Assembly: GCA_001791305.1 (NCBI GenBank)
Contig: MGEI01000003.1
Location: forward strand, 13,926-77,925
Direction: 5' to 3'
Length of the DNA stretch: 64,000 nucleotides
Source of the DNA: Candidatus Uhrbacteria bacterium RIFCSPLOWO2_01_FULL_47_17
Lineage (GTDB): Bacteria > Patescibacteriota > Patescibacteriia > UBA9934 > GWF2-40-263
Under the pieces are notes generated by a model. It was not told where the DNA came from. It did not search any database and saw only the letters and a list, made by a program, of their open reading frames with translations. Below are positions 29,587-39,410 of the stretch, piece after piece. How positions within the stretch are numbered: the stretch's first letter is position 1; every line of letters starts with the position of its first letter. Both the position numbers and the translations under genes were made by a program.

Positions 29587-30996
29587 ATGCAGCTCTATAA
29601 CACTCTCACCCGATCAAAACAGGAATTCAACCCAATTCAAAACAAACGCGTCGGTGTCTATTCCTGTGGCCCAACTGTGTATTGGTTTGCGCACATCGGA
29701 AACATGCGCGCGTTTCTGTTTGCGGATCTTTTGTGCCGGGCGCTTCGGATGAATGGGTACGCCGTCGAACAAATCATGAACATCACAGACGTTGGGCACC
29801 TCACAGATGATGCAGATGAAGGGGAAGACAAGATGATGGTTGCCATGAAACGGGAGGGAAAAACCGCGTATGACATAGCGGAATTTTACGCGCAAGCGTT
29901 TTTTAAGGACCTCGAGGCACTCAACATCACACCAGCTTCAAGATACCCTCGAGCAACGGAACACATTGCCGAGCAGATTGAAATGATCGAAGCACTCGAG
30001 AAAAACGGATTCACATATCAAACAAGTGATGGAATTTATTTCGATACCTCGAAGCTCGCAGATTACGGTCGACTCTCGGGACAGAAGTTGGATGAGAAAC
30101 AAGCAGGCTCTCGCGTCGACATGGGGGAGAAAAAAAATGCGACGGATTTTGCGTTGTGGAAATTTAGTCCCACAACAGGCTCGGGAAATACAAAAAGGCA
30201 AATGGAATGGGAATCTCCGTGGGGAATTGGTTTTCCTGGATGGCACATCGAGTGTTCAGCCATGTCGAAGAAATATCTTGGTGTGCCGTTTGATATTCAT
30301 ACAGGAGGGATCGATCACATCGCGGTTCATCATGAGAATGAAATTGCACAGACAGAGGGGGCGGAAGGGAAGCTTGAGGCGAATTATTGGATGCATAACG
30401 AGTTTATTACGGTTGATGGTGGCAAGATGTCGAAGTCGCTTGGAAATGTTTATACGATCGAGCAGCTTGTCGAAAAAGGCTTCGACCCGCTCGCGTTTCG
30501 ATATCTTTGTTTACAAGCGCACTACCGATCGAAGCTGAATTTTACTTGGGAGTCTCTCGAAGCTGCACAGAATGCACTGAATCGTCTTCGAAGTACTATC
30601 CGAGAATGGGACGCACCTCTAGCCCCCTCTCTCTTCGAGGGAGAGGGCGGGGGGAGAGGGATCGCGCTCGAAGCGCGCTTCTCCCAAGCGATCAATGACG
30701 ATTTGAATACACCCGAGGCTCTCTCAATCCTATGGCAACTCGTCGACTCCGACTATCCAACTTCCGCAAAAGCGGAATCACTCTTGAAATTTGATCAAAT
30801 TCTCGGTTTACACCTCGATCAGTTTATCGGGAAGTCCGTCGAGATTCCTCCCGAAGTACAGAAGCTTCTCGACGAGCGCGCGCATGCTCGCACAGAAAAG
30901 AACTGGAGTGAATCCGATCGTCTGCGCACAGAAATTGAGGAACGCGGATTTATCGTTGAGGATAAACCAGAAGGACAGAATGTGCGAGAAATGTGA
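29587..30996 (+). CDS. cysS: Cysteine--tRNA ligase (carries an in-frame family A element)
   Basis: CGPTVYWFAHIGNMRA (HIGH), KMSKSLGN (KMSKS), zinc Cys residues; ATG at 29587. Confidence 0.9.
   Translation: MQLYNTLTRSKQEFNPIQNKRVGVYSCGPTVYWFAHIGNMRAFLFADLLCRALRMNGYAVEQIMNITDVGHLTDDADEGEDKMMVAMKREGKTAYDIAEFYAQAFFKDLEALNITPASRYPRATEHIAEQIEMIEALEKNGFTYQTSDGIYFDTSKLADYGRLSGQKLDEKQAGSRVDMGEKKNATDFALWKFSPTTGSGNTKRQMEWESPWGIGFPGWHIECSAMSKKYLGVPFDIHTGGIDHIAVHHENEIAQTEGAEGKLEANYWMHNEFITVDGGKMSKSLGNVYTIEQLVEKGFDPLAFRYLCLQAHYRSKLNFTWESLEAAQNALNRLRSTIREWDAPLAPSLFEGEGGGRGIALEARFSQAINDDLNTPEALSILWQLVDSDYPTSAKAESLLKFDQILGLHLDQFIGKSVEIPPEVQKLLDERAHARTEKNWSESDRLRTEIEERGFIVEDKPEGQNVREM
30621..30660. repeat. 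Palindromic GC-rich element family A, inverted copy in-frame inside cysS (encodes ...[16 protein letters not shown]...)
   Basis: agccccctctctcttcgagggagagggcggggggagaggg is the reverse complement of the uvrA copy with 1-2 mismatches. Confidence 0.6.
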
Positions 30997-31011
30997 TACA
31001 ATATCTGTGTT

Positions 31012-31590
31012 ATGGATCCGATCCCTGCAGCAAAAAAAGAACAACCGAAAGAAGTTGTTCAGCCACAATCGGAAGGTGTTGTTGAACAACCATCCGCACC
31101 GGAAGTTTCTCCGGTTGTTGAGGTTGAGGGAAAAGGCGTAGAGGTGGCAGAGGTCACAGAGGCGACAGAGGCAGCAAAGACGGCAGAGGAAGTAAAAGAA
31201 CAAGAGCAGATGGTTGAGCAGCCGCAAGTTGTTGAACAAACACCTCCGTCACCACCGCCCACACCAGTCGTTGTCGCAAAACCTGTCAAAGATCGTTTCA
31301 CACAAGAGTTGGAAGAAGTCCTGGAAGAGGATTTGAAAGAACTGTACATGGCCATGCCGAAAGAAAAACAGGCGGAGTTTCGTCAGAAAGGCGAAGAAAC
31401 CCTTTCGGCCGTTCGTGAGCTTGTGCGCGCCGCACATGTCAATGTCAAAAAAATTTTTCAATTGATCCGCGACTGGCTTAAAATGATCCCAGGCGTGAAT
31501 CGTTATTTTCTTGAACAAGAGGCAAAAATAAAAACAGACAAAATTATTTTGGTCTCGGAAGAAGAAAAGAAACGTGGATCACAACTTTAA
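31012..31590 (+). CDS. Acidic Glu/Pro/Val-rich hypothetical protein
   Basis: Low-complexity acidic N-terminal half, helical C-terminal half; directly upstream of and overlapping the ATPase gene. Confidence 0.3.
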   Translation: MDPIPAAKKEQPKEVVQPQSEGVVEQPSAPEVSPVVEVEGKGVEVAEVTEATEAAKTAEEVKEQEQMVEQPQVVEQTPPSPPPTPVVVAKPVKDRFTQELEEVLEEDLKELYMAMPKEKQAEFRQKGEETLSAVRELVRAAHVNVKKIFQLIRDWLKMIPGVNRYFLEQEAKIKTDKIILVSEEEKKRGSQL

Positions 31591-34159
31591 TGTGATGCTT
31601 TTCGCCCTTGGCTTTGAAACCGAACAAGCAACCCCGCCTGTCGTGAGTGCCACGGCCGGATTTGATTTAACCTACGCATACATTATTTTTGCGTTCCTTG
31701 GTGTTGGGCTTGTGGTCGTGGCCGCCCTTTACGCGTACCGGTATTTTTTGCGCACCTTTACAAGAGTTCGCAGTAAAACATTTGAGAAAATCATTTTACA
31801 AGTGACGCTTCCAAAGTTTCGTCACGAAGAAGAAAGTCAACGCGGACCACAAAAAGAACAGGTGCATGAGGCGATTGCCGCTGCAGAAACGTTTTTTGCC
31901 GCGATTGGTGGACTCAAAGCCGAAAAAGGATTTCACGCATGGTTGCACGGCAGAAGCGACGAATTTTCGTTTGAGATTGTTGTGCAAAAAAAACTCATCA
32001 AGTTTTTTCTTGTGGCTCCGGCACGTCTGAAAGAATTTGCCGAGCAACAAATCAGTTCGGCATTTCCGTTTGCCCACGTTGAGGAGGTCGAAGATTATAA
32101 CATCTTTCATCCGCAAGGCACCATTCTTGGAAGTTATCTTGCGTTTAAACGCGAAAGCGCATTTCCGATCAAGACATACAAAAAGTTGGATAAAGACCCA
32201 TTGAACGCCCTCACAAACGTATTTTCAAAACTCCCAGAAGATGACGGAGCGGCGTTTCAGTTTATTGTGCGTTCTGCGCGAGCCACATGGCGCCAGCGCG
32301 GAATCCAAATCGCAAGCCGCATGCAACAAGGAATGAAAATGAGCGAAGCGATTGCGGGAAAGAAAGGGGGCTCGCAAGGATTGGTCGGTGAATTTGCAAC
32401 CTTGTCAGGAATCGCAAGTAAGCCAGAAGAATCCAAAGAGAAAAAAGAACACCGATTAGGTCCGCAAGAAGAAGAGGTGGTGAAAGGTCTCGAAGAGAAG
32501 GCAAGCAAAGCGGGAATGGATGTGTGTATTCGTTTGATTGCGTCATCCACAAACGCTCCCGCTGCACAAATGCTCATGCAAAACATGTTGAATGCGTTTT
32601 CGCAGTACAACATTTATGAGTACGGAAATTCGTTCGTGAAAGTTGTGCCGCCATCCGAAAAGAAGGTGGTGCAGAAATTTATTTATCGAACATTTGACCA
32701 TCGCAACAAACTCGTCATGAACTCGGAAGAGATGGCGAGCCTTTGGCATTTGCCGCTTGCGTGGACCGAAACTCCAAATATTCAGTGGCTCATTGCGCGT
32801 AGAGGTCCTGTTCCGTCCGGTGTTCCATCGGGTCCAGAAACGGGTGACATCCAACTTGGATACAATACGTATCGTGGAATCAAGACAGAAGTTTGGATGA
32901 AGTCACCAGATCGCTCCCGTCACATGTACATTATTGGAAAATCCGGTTCGGGTAAGTCTGAAACGATTGCACGTTTTGCGCTTGAAGATATTAACGCAGG
33001 ACACGGTGTTGCGGTTGTAGAGCCGCACGGCGACCTGATTGAACGCATCTTACAAAACATCCCACGCGAACGTATTGATGATGTGATTGTATTCAATCCA
33101 TCTGATTTAGAGCGCCCAATGTGTCTGAACATGCTTGAAGTCAAAGATGAAAGCATGAAAGACATGGCCGTTCAAGAAATGATCGCCATTTTCTATAAAT
33201 TATTTCCCCCAGAAATGATCGGTCCGATGTTTGAACATCATATGCGCAACGCCATGTTGACCTTGATGTCCGATCCAGAAAATCCCGGCTCGATCATTGA
33301 AATTCCCCGCATGTTTTCGGATGTGGATTTCCAGAATAAATGGCGTGCAAAAATTACAGATCCCGTCGTCATGTCTTACTGGGTGAATGAGGTTGATAAA
33401 ACGTCAGATTTTCACAAATCAGAAATGCTTGGATATTTGATTTCGAAAGTTGGACGATTTGTGGAAAATGAAATGATGCGCAACATCATTGGGCAACAAC
33501 GGAACAGTTTTGATTTTCGTGAGGTGATGGATAAAAAGAAAATCTTGCTTGTGAATTTATCCAAAGGAAAGACCGGAGACGTAAACTCAGAGTTGCTTGG
33601 ACTCATCATCGTATCGAAGTTGCAGATGGCCGCTCTTGGGCGTGCAGATATGGCAGAAGAAGATCGAAATGATTTTTATTTGTATATCGACGAGTTTCAA
33701 AATTTCATTACAGATTCGATCGCGACGATTTTGTCTGAGGCACGTAAATATCGATTGAACTTGATTATTGCTCACCAGTACGTCGGGCAGCTTGTCAAAA
33801 ACAATGATACAAAGATTAAAGACGCGGTGTTTGGAAACGTCGGAACCATGTTTGTTGCGCGTATCGGTCCAGAAGACGTGGAGGTGTTTGAAAAAATTTA
33901 TGCGCCAGATTTTTCGGGATACGATTTAATGAACTCGGACAAATTTACGTGGTACGTAAAAATGATTGTGAACAATGCGCAAGAAAAGCCGTTCACGATG
34001 AATATCTTTCAAGCGCCAAAGGGAGATAAAAAACTCGCAGAGGCGATTAAAGAATTATCCCGTCTGAAATACGGACGCAACAGACAAATCGTTCAAGAAG
34101 AAATTTTGGAAAGAACATCTTTGTTGCAGGGCGCGCCTCTTACAACAACAGATGCATAA
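31574..34159 (+). CDS. Membrane-anchored P-loop ATPase of the TraG/TraD/VirD4 (AAA_10) coupling-protein type
   Basis: N-terminal TM helix; Walker A IIGKSGSGKSE; Walker B YLYIDEFQNF; C-terminal AHQ motif; real start may be the ATG near 31595. Confidence 0.55.
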   Translation: MDHNFNVMLFALGFETEQATPPVVSATAGFDLTYAYIIFAFLGVGLVVVAALYAYRYFLRTFTRVRSKTFEKIILQVTLPKFRHEEESQRGPQKEQVHEAIAAAETFFAAIGGLKAEKGFHAWLHGRSDEFSFEIVVQKKLIKFFLVAPARLKEFAEQQISSAFPFAHVEEVEDYNIFHPQGTILGSYLAFKRESAFPIKTYKKLDKDPLNALTNVFSKLPEDDGAAFQFIVRSARATWRQRGIQIASRMQQGMKMSEAIAGKKGGSQGLVGEFATLSGIASKPEESKEKKEHRLGPQEEEVVKGLEEKASKAGMDVCIRLIASSTNAPAAQMLMQNMLNAFSQYNIYEYGNSFVKVVPPSEKKVVQKFIYRTFDHRNKLVMNSEEMASLWHLPLAWTETPNIQWLIARRGPVPSGVPSGPETGDIQLGYNTYRGIKTEVWMKSPDRSRHMYIIGKSGSGKSETIARFALEDINAGHGVAVVEPHGDLIERILQNIPRERIDDVIVFNPSDLERPMCLNMLEVKDESMKDMAVQEMIAIFYKLFPPEMIGPMFEHHMRNAMLTLMSDPENPGSIIEIPRMFSDVDFQNKWRAKITDPVVMSYWVNEVDKTSDFHKSEMLGYLISKVGRFVENEMMRNIIGQQRNSFDFREVMDKKKILLVNLSKGKTGDVNSELLGLIIVSKLQMAALGRADMAEEDRNDFYLYIDEFQNFITDSIATILSEARKYRLNLIIAHQYVGQLVKNNDTKIKDAVFGNVGTMFVARIGPEDVEVFEKIYAPDFSGYDLMNSDKFTWYVKMIVNNAQEKPFTMNIFQAPKGDKKLAEAIKELSRLKYGRNRQIVQEEILERTSLLQGAPLTTTDA

Positions 34160-34188
34160 AGGATGAATCAAAAACAAACACAAAACAT

Positions 34189-34806
34189 ATGAACGAAGAC
34201 GAATTCGAATTTGAACCAGACCCTTTCAAAATAGGCGGGGTTCCGAGACCCCGCGGAGAAGATCCAGATGTCCGATCAAAGCTTGCGCTTCAAATGTTGA
34301 AACAGGTTCAGCAATCCCTTGCGCATGTCATCCAGCTTTTGGAGGATGGAGACACCGCGCGCGCCACGCTCGGAATGGTGAATTTCGTTATGGGCAAAAA
34401 AGCGTTTGAGCAAACGCTGGAACGAGAAACGGGCGCGCGAACACATGAAGGTGTGTTTGACGGGATGTTTGTTGTCACGTCCGAGGGCGCGCGTCATCCT
34501 GTTCCAGAGAATTATGCGTCGAAATCAAAACTTGTCGAAGGGGACATGATGAAACTCATTGTGACGCCGGATGGACGACATGTGTATAAACAAATCGCCC
34601 CGGTTGAACGAAAGCGCATTGTGGGCGTTTTAGGTCAAGATATACTTACCAACACCCCCGTTGTCATGGTTCAAGATGTTGTGTATAAAGTTCTTCAAGC
34701 AAGCGTTTCGTATTTCAAAGCCGTTCCCGGTGATGAAGTCGTAATTCTCGTCCCGGGAAGCGGAAGATCCGTTTGGGCCGCTCTCGAACGTATTGTTTCC
34801 AAATAA
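34189..34806 (+). CDS. Hypothetical protein, possibly co-transcribed with the ATPase
   Basis: 205 aa, 30 nt downstream of the ATPase stop; no known domain. Confidence 0.35.
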   Translation: MNEDEFEFEPDPFKIGGVPRPRGEDPDVRSKLALQMLKQVQQSLAHVIQLLEDGDTARATLGMVNFVMGKKAFEQTLERETGARTHEGVFDGMFVVTSEGARHPVPENYASKSKLVEGDMMKLIVTPDGRHVYKQIAPVERKRIVGVLGQDILTNTPVVMVQDVVYKVLQASVSYFKAVPGDEVVILVPGSGRSVWAALERIVSK

Positions 34807-34818
34807 TGACATGAGTGT

Positions 34819-36462
34819 ATGTTGGCGTTGTATCGAACGTATCGTCCCGCTGTTTTTGCTGATGTCACGGGCCAAGAACACGTGACACAGACCATTCAGA
34901 ACCAGATTTTATCTGGTTCTGTTTCGCATGCGTATGTTTTTACGGGGCCGAGAGGGATCGGAAAAACAACCGTTGCGCGCCTTCTCGCAAAAGTGGTGAA
35001 TTGTGTTTCTCGAAACGGCACAGAACCGTGTAACACGTGTGAGGCATGTCTCTCCATCATAAGCGGAAAAGCTATGGATGTGTTTGAGATTGATGCTGCT
35101 TCGAACACCGATGTCGACAATGTGCGTGAGAATATCATTCGCAACGTGCGGTTCGCGCCGTCTGTGCTTACAAAAAAAGTGTACGTGATTGATGAGGTGC
35201 ACATGCTCTCAACGAGCGCATTCAATGCACTCCTAAAGACGCTCGAAGAACCGCCGGCACACGCTCTGTTCATTCTCGCCACAACAGAGATTCATAAAGT
35301 GCCGGCGACTATTTTGAGTCGCTGTCAGCGTTTTGATTTTAAAAAGATCTCGAGGGAAGCCATGGTGACACGTCTTGCCTCGATCGTGAAACAAGAAAAA
35401 CGAAAAGTGGATGAGGATGTTCTTGTTGGAATCGCAAAACATTCCGGTGGATCTGAGCGTGATGCGGAAAGCATGCTCGGTCAAATTTTGTCGCTCGACG
35501 AAGGAAAAATTACCATGGACATTGCCTCGCTCGTGCTTCCAATAACCACGGACGTGATTGTGAACGAATTCATCGACGCGCTCTCAGCGCGTGATGCCGC
35601 ATCCGCCATCAGACAACTCAATGCACACATTGAACAGGGGGTCGATCTTACGCATTTTCTTGATGATGTCATTTCAACCATGCGCGATCAACTACTCGCA
35701 TCCGTCGCAGATCGAAGCGCATCAGACCGCATGTCATTCTTGAATCACGCCATTGAACTTTTTCTCGCCGCACGCCGTCACATGAGAACAGATGAGATTC
35801 CACAGTTACCGGCGGAGCTCGCGATTGTAGAGTTGTGTATGGATGTGGATCGTAGGGGCGCGGTCTTGTGCCCGCCCTCGAATGTAAATTTTAAACAACA
35901 AGGGGTTGATTCGGGTCGAGTCATCGAGACCTCTGTTATGGGTGGGGTCACCAGACCTCACCACAATGCAATCGTTATCGAGAAGCCCATCGCCGAAAAA
36001 CCCATCGAAGAACCCCACGTCACCCTCGAACCCATCACCGAAACAGCCACCACCGTTCCTGTCATGGAAATGGTCGATCAGTTCGTCCTTGAGCCGGTTA
36101 CGATCGAACCATTCACAACAAGTGAACAAGTGTTTGACAGCGTCCCCGTCATCAGTGTTGATGAAGTCCGTCGCAAATGGCCGGAGGTGTTTGCGCAAGT
36201 CCAAGAGTGCAACGCATCGCTCCCACTCTTTTTGCAAGCGTGTGAAGTGAACAGTGTTGGAAATGATCTTGTTGAACTCGCGTTTGAATATGATTTGTAT
36301 GTGCAAACCGTGAACAAAGAAAAAAATCGCAAACTCGTCGAGAGCATTCTCGAACGTGTCCTCGGCAAAGCGGTAAAGATCCGCGCCGTGCTAGGTAAAG
36401 CAAAAGAGAAAGATGAAGTCGTCGCATCACTCGTGGATGCGTTTGGTGGGAGCACGGCATAA
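34819..36462 (+). CDS. dnaX: DNA polymerase III subunit gamma/tau
   Basis: LYRTYRPAVFADVTGQEHV, Walker A GPRGIGKTT, zinc Cys cluster CVSRNGTEPCNTCEAC, SRC motif. Confidence 0.9.
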   Translation: MLALYRTYRPAVFADVTGQEHVTQTIQNQILSGSVSHAYVFTGPRGIGKTTVARLLAKVVNCVSRNGTEPCNTCEACLSIISGKAMDVFEIDAASNTDVDNVRENIIRNVRFAPSVLTKKVYVIDEVHMLSTSAFNALLKTLEEPPAHALFILATTEIHKVPATILSRCQRFDFKKISREAMVTRLASIVKQEKRKVDEDVLVGIAKHSGGSERDAESMLGQILSLDEGKITMDIASLVLPITTDVIVNEFIDALSARDAASAIRQLNAHIEQGVDLTHFLDDVISTMRDQLLASVADRSASDRMSFLNHAIELFLAARRHMRTDEIPQLPAELAIVELCMDVDRRGAVLCPPSNVNFKQQGVDSGRVIETSVMGGVTRPHHNAIVIEKPIAEKPIEEPHVTLEPITETATTVPVMEMVDQFVLEPVTIEPFTTSEQVFDSVPVISVDEVRRKWPEVFAQVQECNASLPLFLQACEVNSVGNDLVELAFEYDLYVQTVNKEKNRKLVESILERVLGKAVKIRAVLGKAKEKDEVVASLVDAFGGSTA

Positions 36463-36497
36463 AGAAAAACACTCACCAAAAGGTGAGTGTTTTTCTT
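36461..36497. terminator. Bidirectional terminator hairpin (ACACTCACCaaaaGGTGAGTGT flanked by A/T runs) between dnaX and tRNA-Gln
   Basis: 9-bp perfect stem with flanking A and T runs. Confidence 0.5.
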
Positions 36498-36571
36498 TGG
36501 TTCCCGAGCAGGGATTCGAACCCCGATAAACAGATCCAGAATCTGTTGTCCTGCCGTTAGACGACTCGGGA
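36498..36571 (-). tRNA. tRNA-Gln (anticodon CUG), CCA encoded
   Basis: Manual fold of the reverse complement: acceptor TCCCGAG/CTCGGGA, D arm GTCT-AACGGCA-GGAC, anticodon stem ACAGA/TCTGT with loop TTCTGGA, T arm CGGGG-TTCGAAT-CCCTG, 74 nt. Confidence 0.75.
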
Positions 36572-36693
36572 AGGAATGAACGCGGAAAATATATCAATGA
36601 TTGTCGAAGGAGTCAATCGTGAATCGTTTCTTGACCTTTCGATTTTTTTCCCTTATGATCTCCTCTCGTTCCTTTCATGAGCGAGGAGGTTTC

Positions 36694-37389
36694 ATGAATC
36701 CATTGTTGATTCCGTATCCAGAGACGGTCGTTTTCATTCGTCATGCAGAATCCGAAGGGAACGTTCGTACACGAGAGGAACAACGTTGTTTTCCCGTTGG
36801 AACGAACGCGTACAAACTTTCGCCTCGTGGGCGAGAGCAGGCACGGATCACGGGAGAACGTGTTCGGGAGTTGTTTCCGAAACCGGATCGTGTGATCCGT
36901 TCGTATTATGCACGGACGAATGAGACGGCTCGCATCATCTATCCAGATCTTGAGATACGTGAGGATCCGCTTCTTGCAGAGCGTGATCGTGGTATTTGGA
37001 CGAATGCGACAGAGAAAGAGGTGTCGGTCTGTATGCCATGGGAAATTCGACGGCGTGATGAACAAGGCGTTTATCATTATCGCGCTTCCGGTGGCGAAAA
37101 CATTCCAGATGTTGAACGCCGGGTTCGTGAATTTCGTCGCAGTATTCGTTTTAACTATTCTGGCAAAACGATCGTCGTTGTCGGCCATTCGCAATGGATT
37201 CTGCTTTGGCAGAAGATTGTGCACGATTGGCCTATGGAAGAAACGATGCGCCGATTCATAGCCGGTGAATGGGTGGAAAATGCCTCAATCCTTATCTATC
37301 ACAACACCTGGAGCGAAGAATTCGGCAAGCACATTTTGACTCACGACCCCGAAACGGACTACGAAGTGCCATGGAAAGACAAACTCTGA
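36694..37389 (+). CDS. Histidine phosphatase superfamily protein (phosphoglycerate mutase-like; CobC-like role possible)
   Basis: FIRHAESEGN (RHG-type catalytic motif), later GHSQWI (His); ATG at 36694 with GAGGAGG SD. Confidence 0.65.
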   Translation: MNPLLIPYPETVVFIRHAESEGNVRTREEQRCFPVGTNAYKLSPRGREQARITGERVRELFPKPDRVIRSYYARTNETARIIYPDLEIREDPLLAERDRGIWTNATEKEVSVCMPWEIRRRDEQGVYHYRASGGENIPDVERRVREFRRSIRFNYSGKTIVVVGHSQWILLWQKIVHDWPMEETMRRFIAGEWVENASILIYHNTWSEEFGKHILTHDPETDYEVPWKDKL

Positions 37390-37471
37390 GCCATTCTCGG
37401 CTCTTTTTTATTTGGGTTGATCGATCCGCCCGTCTCCGATATACTTTTACCAAGCCTTTCTACTTCCCCCT

Positions 37472-37981
37472 ATGCCAAAACCAACCGGACTATTCATCGG
37501 CCGCTTTCAGCCACTTCACAATGGACACATGCTTGTGATTGAAGGGATGACCAAAGTTTGTGGCAAGATTTGGATTGGGATTGGGAGTTCGGAGAAGCAT
37601 CATGAGAAGGAAAATCCATTTACCGCTGCGGAGCGCCGAGAGATGTTGCAACGTGCGCTTCAGGATAAAAACTTGATCCCGATGTTTGATATCAACTTTG
37701 TGGAGCTTCCAGATGAAACGGATGATGTTGTGTGGCGCGACAAGGTTCTCGAGAAGACAGGAGTTGTTGATGTTGTGTGGACGGGAAATGATCAAACGGC
37801 TAAATGTTTCGAGGGTAAAGTTCCCGTAAAGCCCATTAAAGAAGTTCCTGGAATCTCGGCACATGAAATTCGTAAGATGATGGTAGAGGAAGATATGAAC
37901 TGGAAAAAGAAAGTTCCGAACGACGTTATGATGTTTATCGGAGAAATTGACGGTGTTGCACGAGTGAAAGCGTTGGAGTAA
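37472..37981 (+). CDS. nadM: Nicotinamide-nucleotide adenylyltransferase, archaeal/NadM type
   Basis: GLFIGRFQPLHNGH (H/TxGH), 169 aa, C-terminal SAHEIR-type motif. Confidence 0.8.
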   Translation: MPKPTGLFIGRFQPLHNGHMLVIEGMTKVCGKIWIGIGSSEKHHEKENPFTAAERREMLQRALQDKNLIPMFDINFVELPDETDDVVWRDKVLEKTGVVDVVWTGNDQTAKCFEGKVPVKPIKEVPGISAHEIRKMMVEEDMNWKKKVPNDVMMFIGEIDGVARVKALE

Positions 37982-38064
37982 TCCACGCTTTTTTGTTTGA
38001 CGTATTTTCCCCTTGTGATACCTTGCCACGTGGCGCGTTCGAGAGATTCGCGCATGAGGTTTAC

Positions 38065-39348
38065 ATGCCAGCAACGGTCGTTCTTGGTGCTCAGTGGGGC
38101 GATGAGGGGAAAGGGAAGATCATCGATGCACTTGCGGAAGACGCAGACGTCGTGGTTCGATTCCAAGGCGGAGCGAACGCGGGGCACACGATCGTGATTG
38201 GCGACAAGACCTACCCGATTCACTTGCTCCCGAGCGGAATTTTTCGCAAGGGCAAACTGAACTTGGTCGGGCCCGGCGTCGTGTTTGATCTTGCGGTTGG
38301 ATTGCAAGAACTCGAACTCGCAAACGAGTTCGGTTCGCGCGTCATGCTCGACGAGCAGACCCCTATTGTTCTTCCGATGCATCGACTGATTGATGCGGCA
38401 CGTGAAGTAGCGGCGGGGTCGTCGGCGATTGGGACAACCAAGCGCGGCATCGGTCCGGCGTACAGCGACTTCTGGCTGCGGCGATCTGTCACGTTCGACG
38501 ACCTGCGTTCACGCGAGAAGCTTGAAGCGGCGCTTAGTCAACAATACTGGAACGAGATGTTCGCCGTCGTTTCCATGCTCGGCGGCGCCAGCATTGATTT
38601 TCGTTCGCTCGGTATGCCATTCAATCCGCTTCATCGAGAAGACACGATTGACTGGTGTCTGAGCGCGGGCGAAGTCCTTGCGCTGCACATTAGTGACACG
38701 CGCGCGTGCGTTCACAATGCGCTCACACGAAACCAAAATGTGTTGTTCGAAGGCGCACAAGGCGTCATGCTCGATGCCTATCACGGCTCACGTCCGTACG
38801 TGACATCATCGCTTTGTACCGCCGCGGGCGTTTCGGCGTCGTTCGGTGTCTACACGTTCGACCGTGTGATCGGTGTCGCGAAAGCGTACACCACGCGCGT
38901 GGGCGCCGGGCCGTTTCCAACGGAACGTCTCGATACACAAGGGGAAGAACTGCGTCGTCGTGGTCATGAATTCGGAACGACAACAGGACGTCCACGTCGA
39001 TGCGGATGGCTGGATCTTCCGGCGCTTCGCTACGCGTGTCGTGTGGGCGGAATCACGGAACTTGTGATCACGAAGCTTGATATTCTGACTGATCACCCCC
39101 GTATTTTTGTCTGTGATGATTACGCAAACTTTGATGAGCACGCAACGCTCACACATTCCGTTTTGCAATCGGCTAAGACACGCTACCGACGCATGTGTGG
39201 TTGGAAAGAAGACTTGTCGATGCATGAGCATTTCAACGATTTGCCTCTCTCGGCACATATGTACATTGACTACATCGAAGTGGCCACCTACACAGCCGTT
39301 TCCGGCGTCGGTGTCGGCGCAGAACGCAATCAGATTCTCTGGCGTTAA
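38065..39348 (+). CDS. purA: Adenylosuccinate synthetase
   Basis: VVLGAQWGDEGKGKIID...RFQGGANAGHT, GIGPAYSD, TTGRPRRCGW are PurA signatures; ATG at 38065. Confidence 0.9.
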   Translation: MPATVVLGAQWGDEGKGKIIDALAEDADVVVRFQGGANAGHTIVIGDKTYPIHLLPSGIFRKGKLNLVGPGVVFDLAVGLQELELANEFGSRVMLDEQTPIVLPMHRLIDAAREVAAGSSAIGTTKRGIGPAYSDFWLRRSVTFDDLRSREKLEAALSQQYWNEMFAVVSMLGGASIDFRSLGMPFNPLHREDTIDWCLSAGEVLALHISDTRACVHNALTRNQNVLFEGAQGVMLDAYHGSRPYVTSSLCTAAGVSASFGVYTFDRVIGVAKAYTTRVGAGPFPTERLDTQGEELRRRGHEFGTTTGRPRRCGWLDLPALRYACRVGGITELVITKLDILTDHPRIFVCDDYANFDEHATLTHSVLQSAKTRYRRMCGWKEDLSMHEHFNDLPLSAHMYIDYIEVATYTAVSGVGVGAERNQILWR

Positions 39349-39410
39349 CCTAATCGATCAGAAATGGTCGATTTTTTTATTGTTCAAATCGTGTGCTATC
39401 ATAACCGCCT

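Noticed and set aside
36601-36693. Upstream TTG start for the histidine phosphatase ORF
   Set aside because: No SD. The ATG at 36694 is preceded by GAGGAGG at ideal spacing, and the conserved RHG-type motif begins shortly after it.
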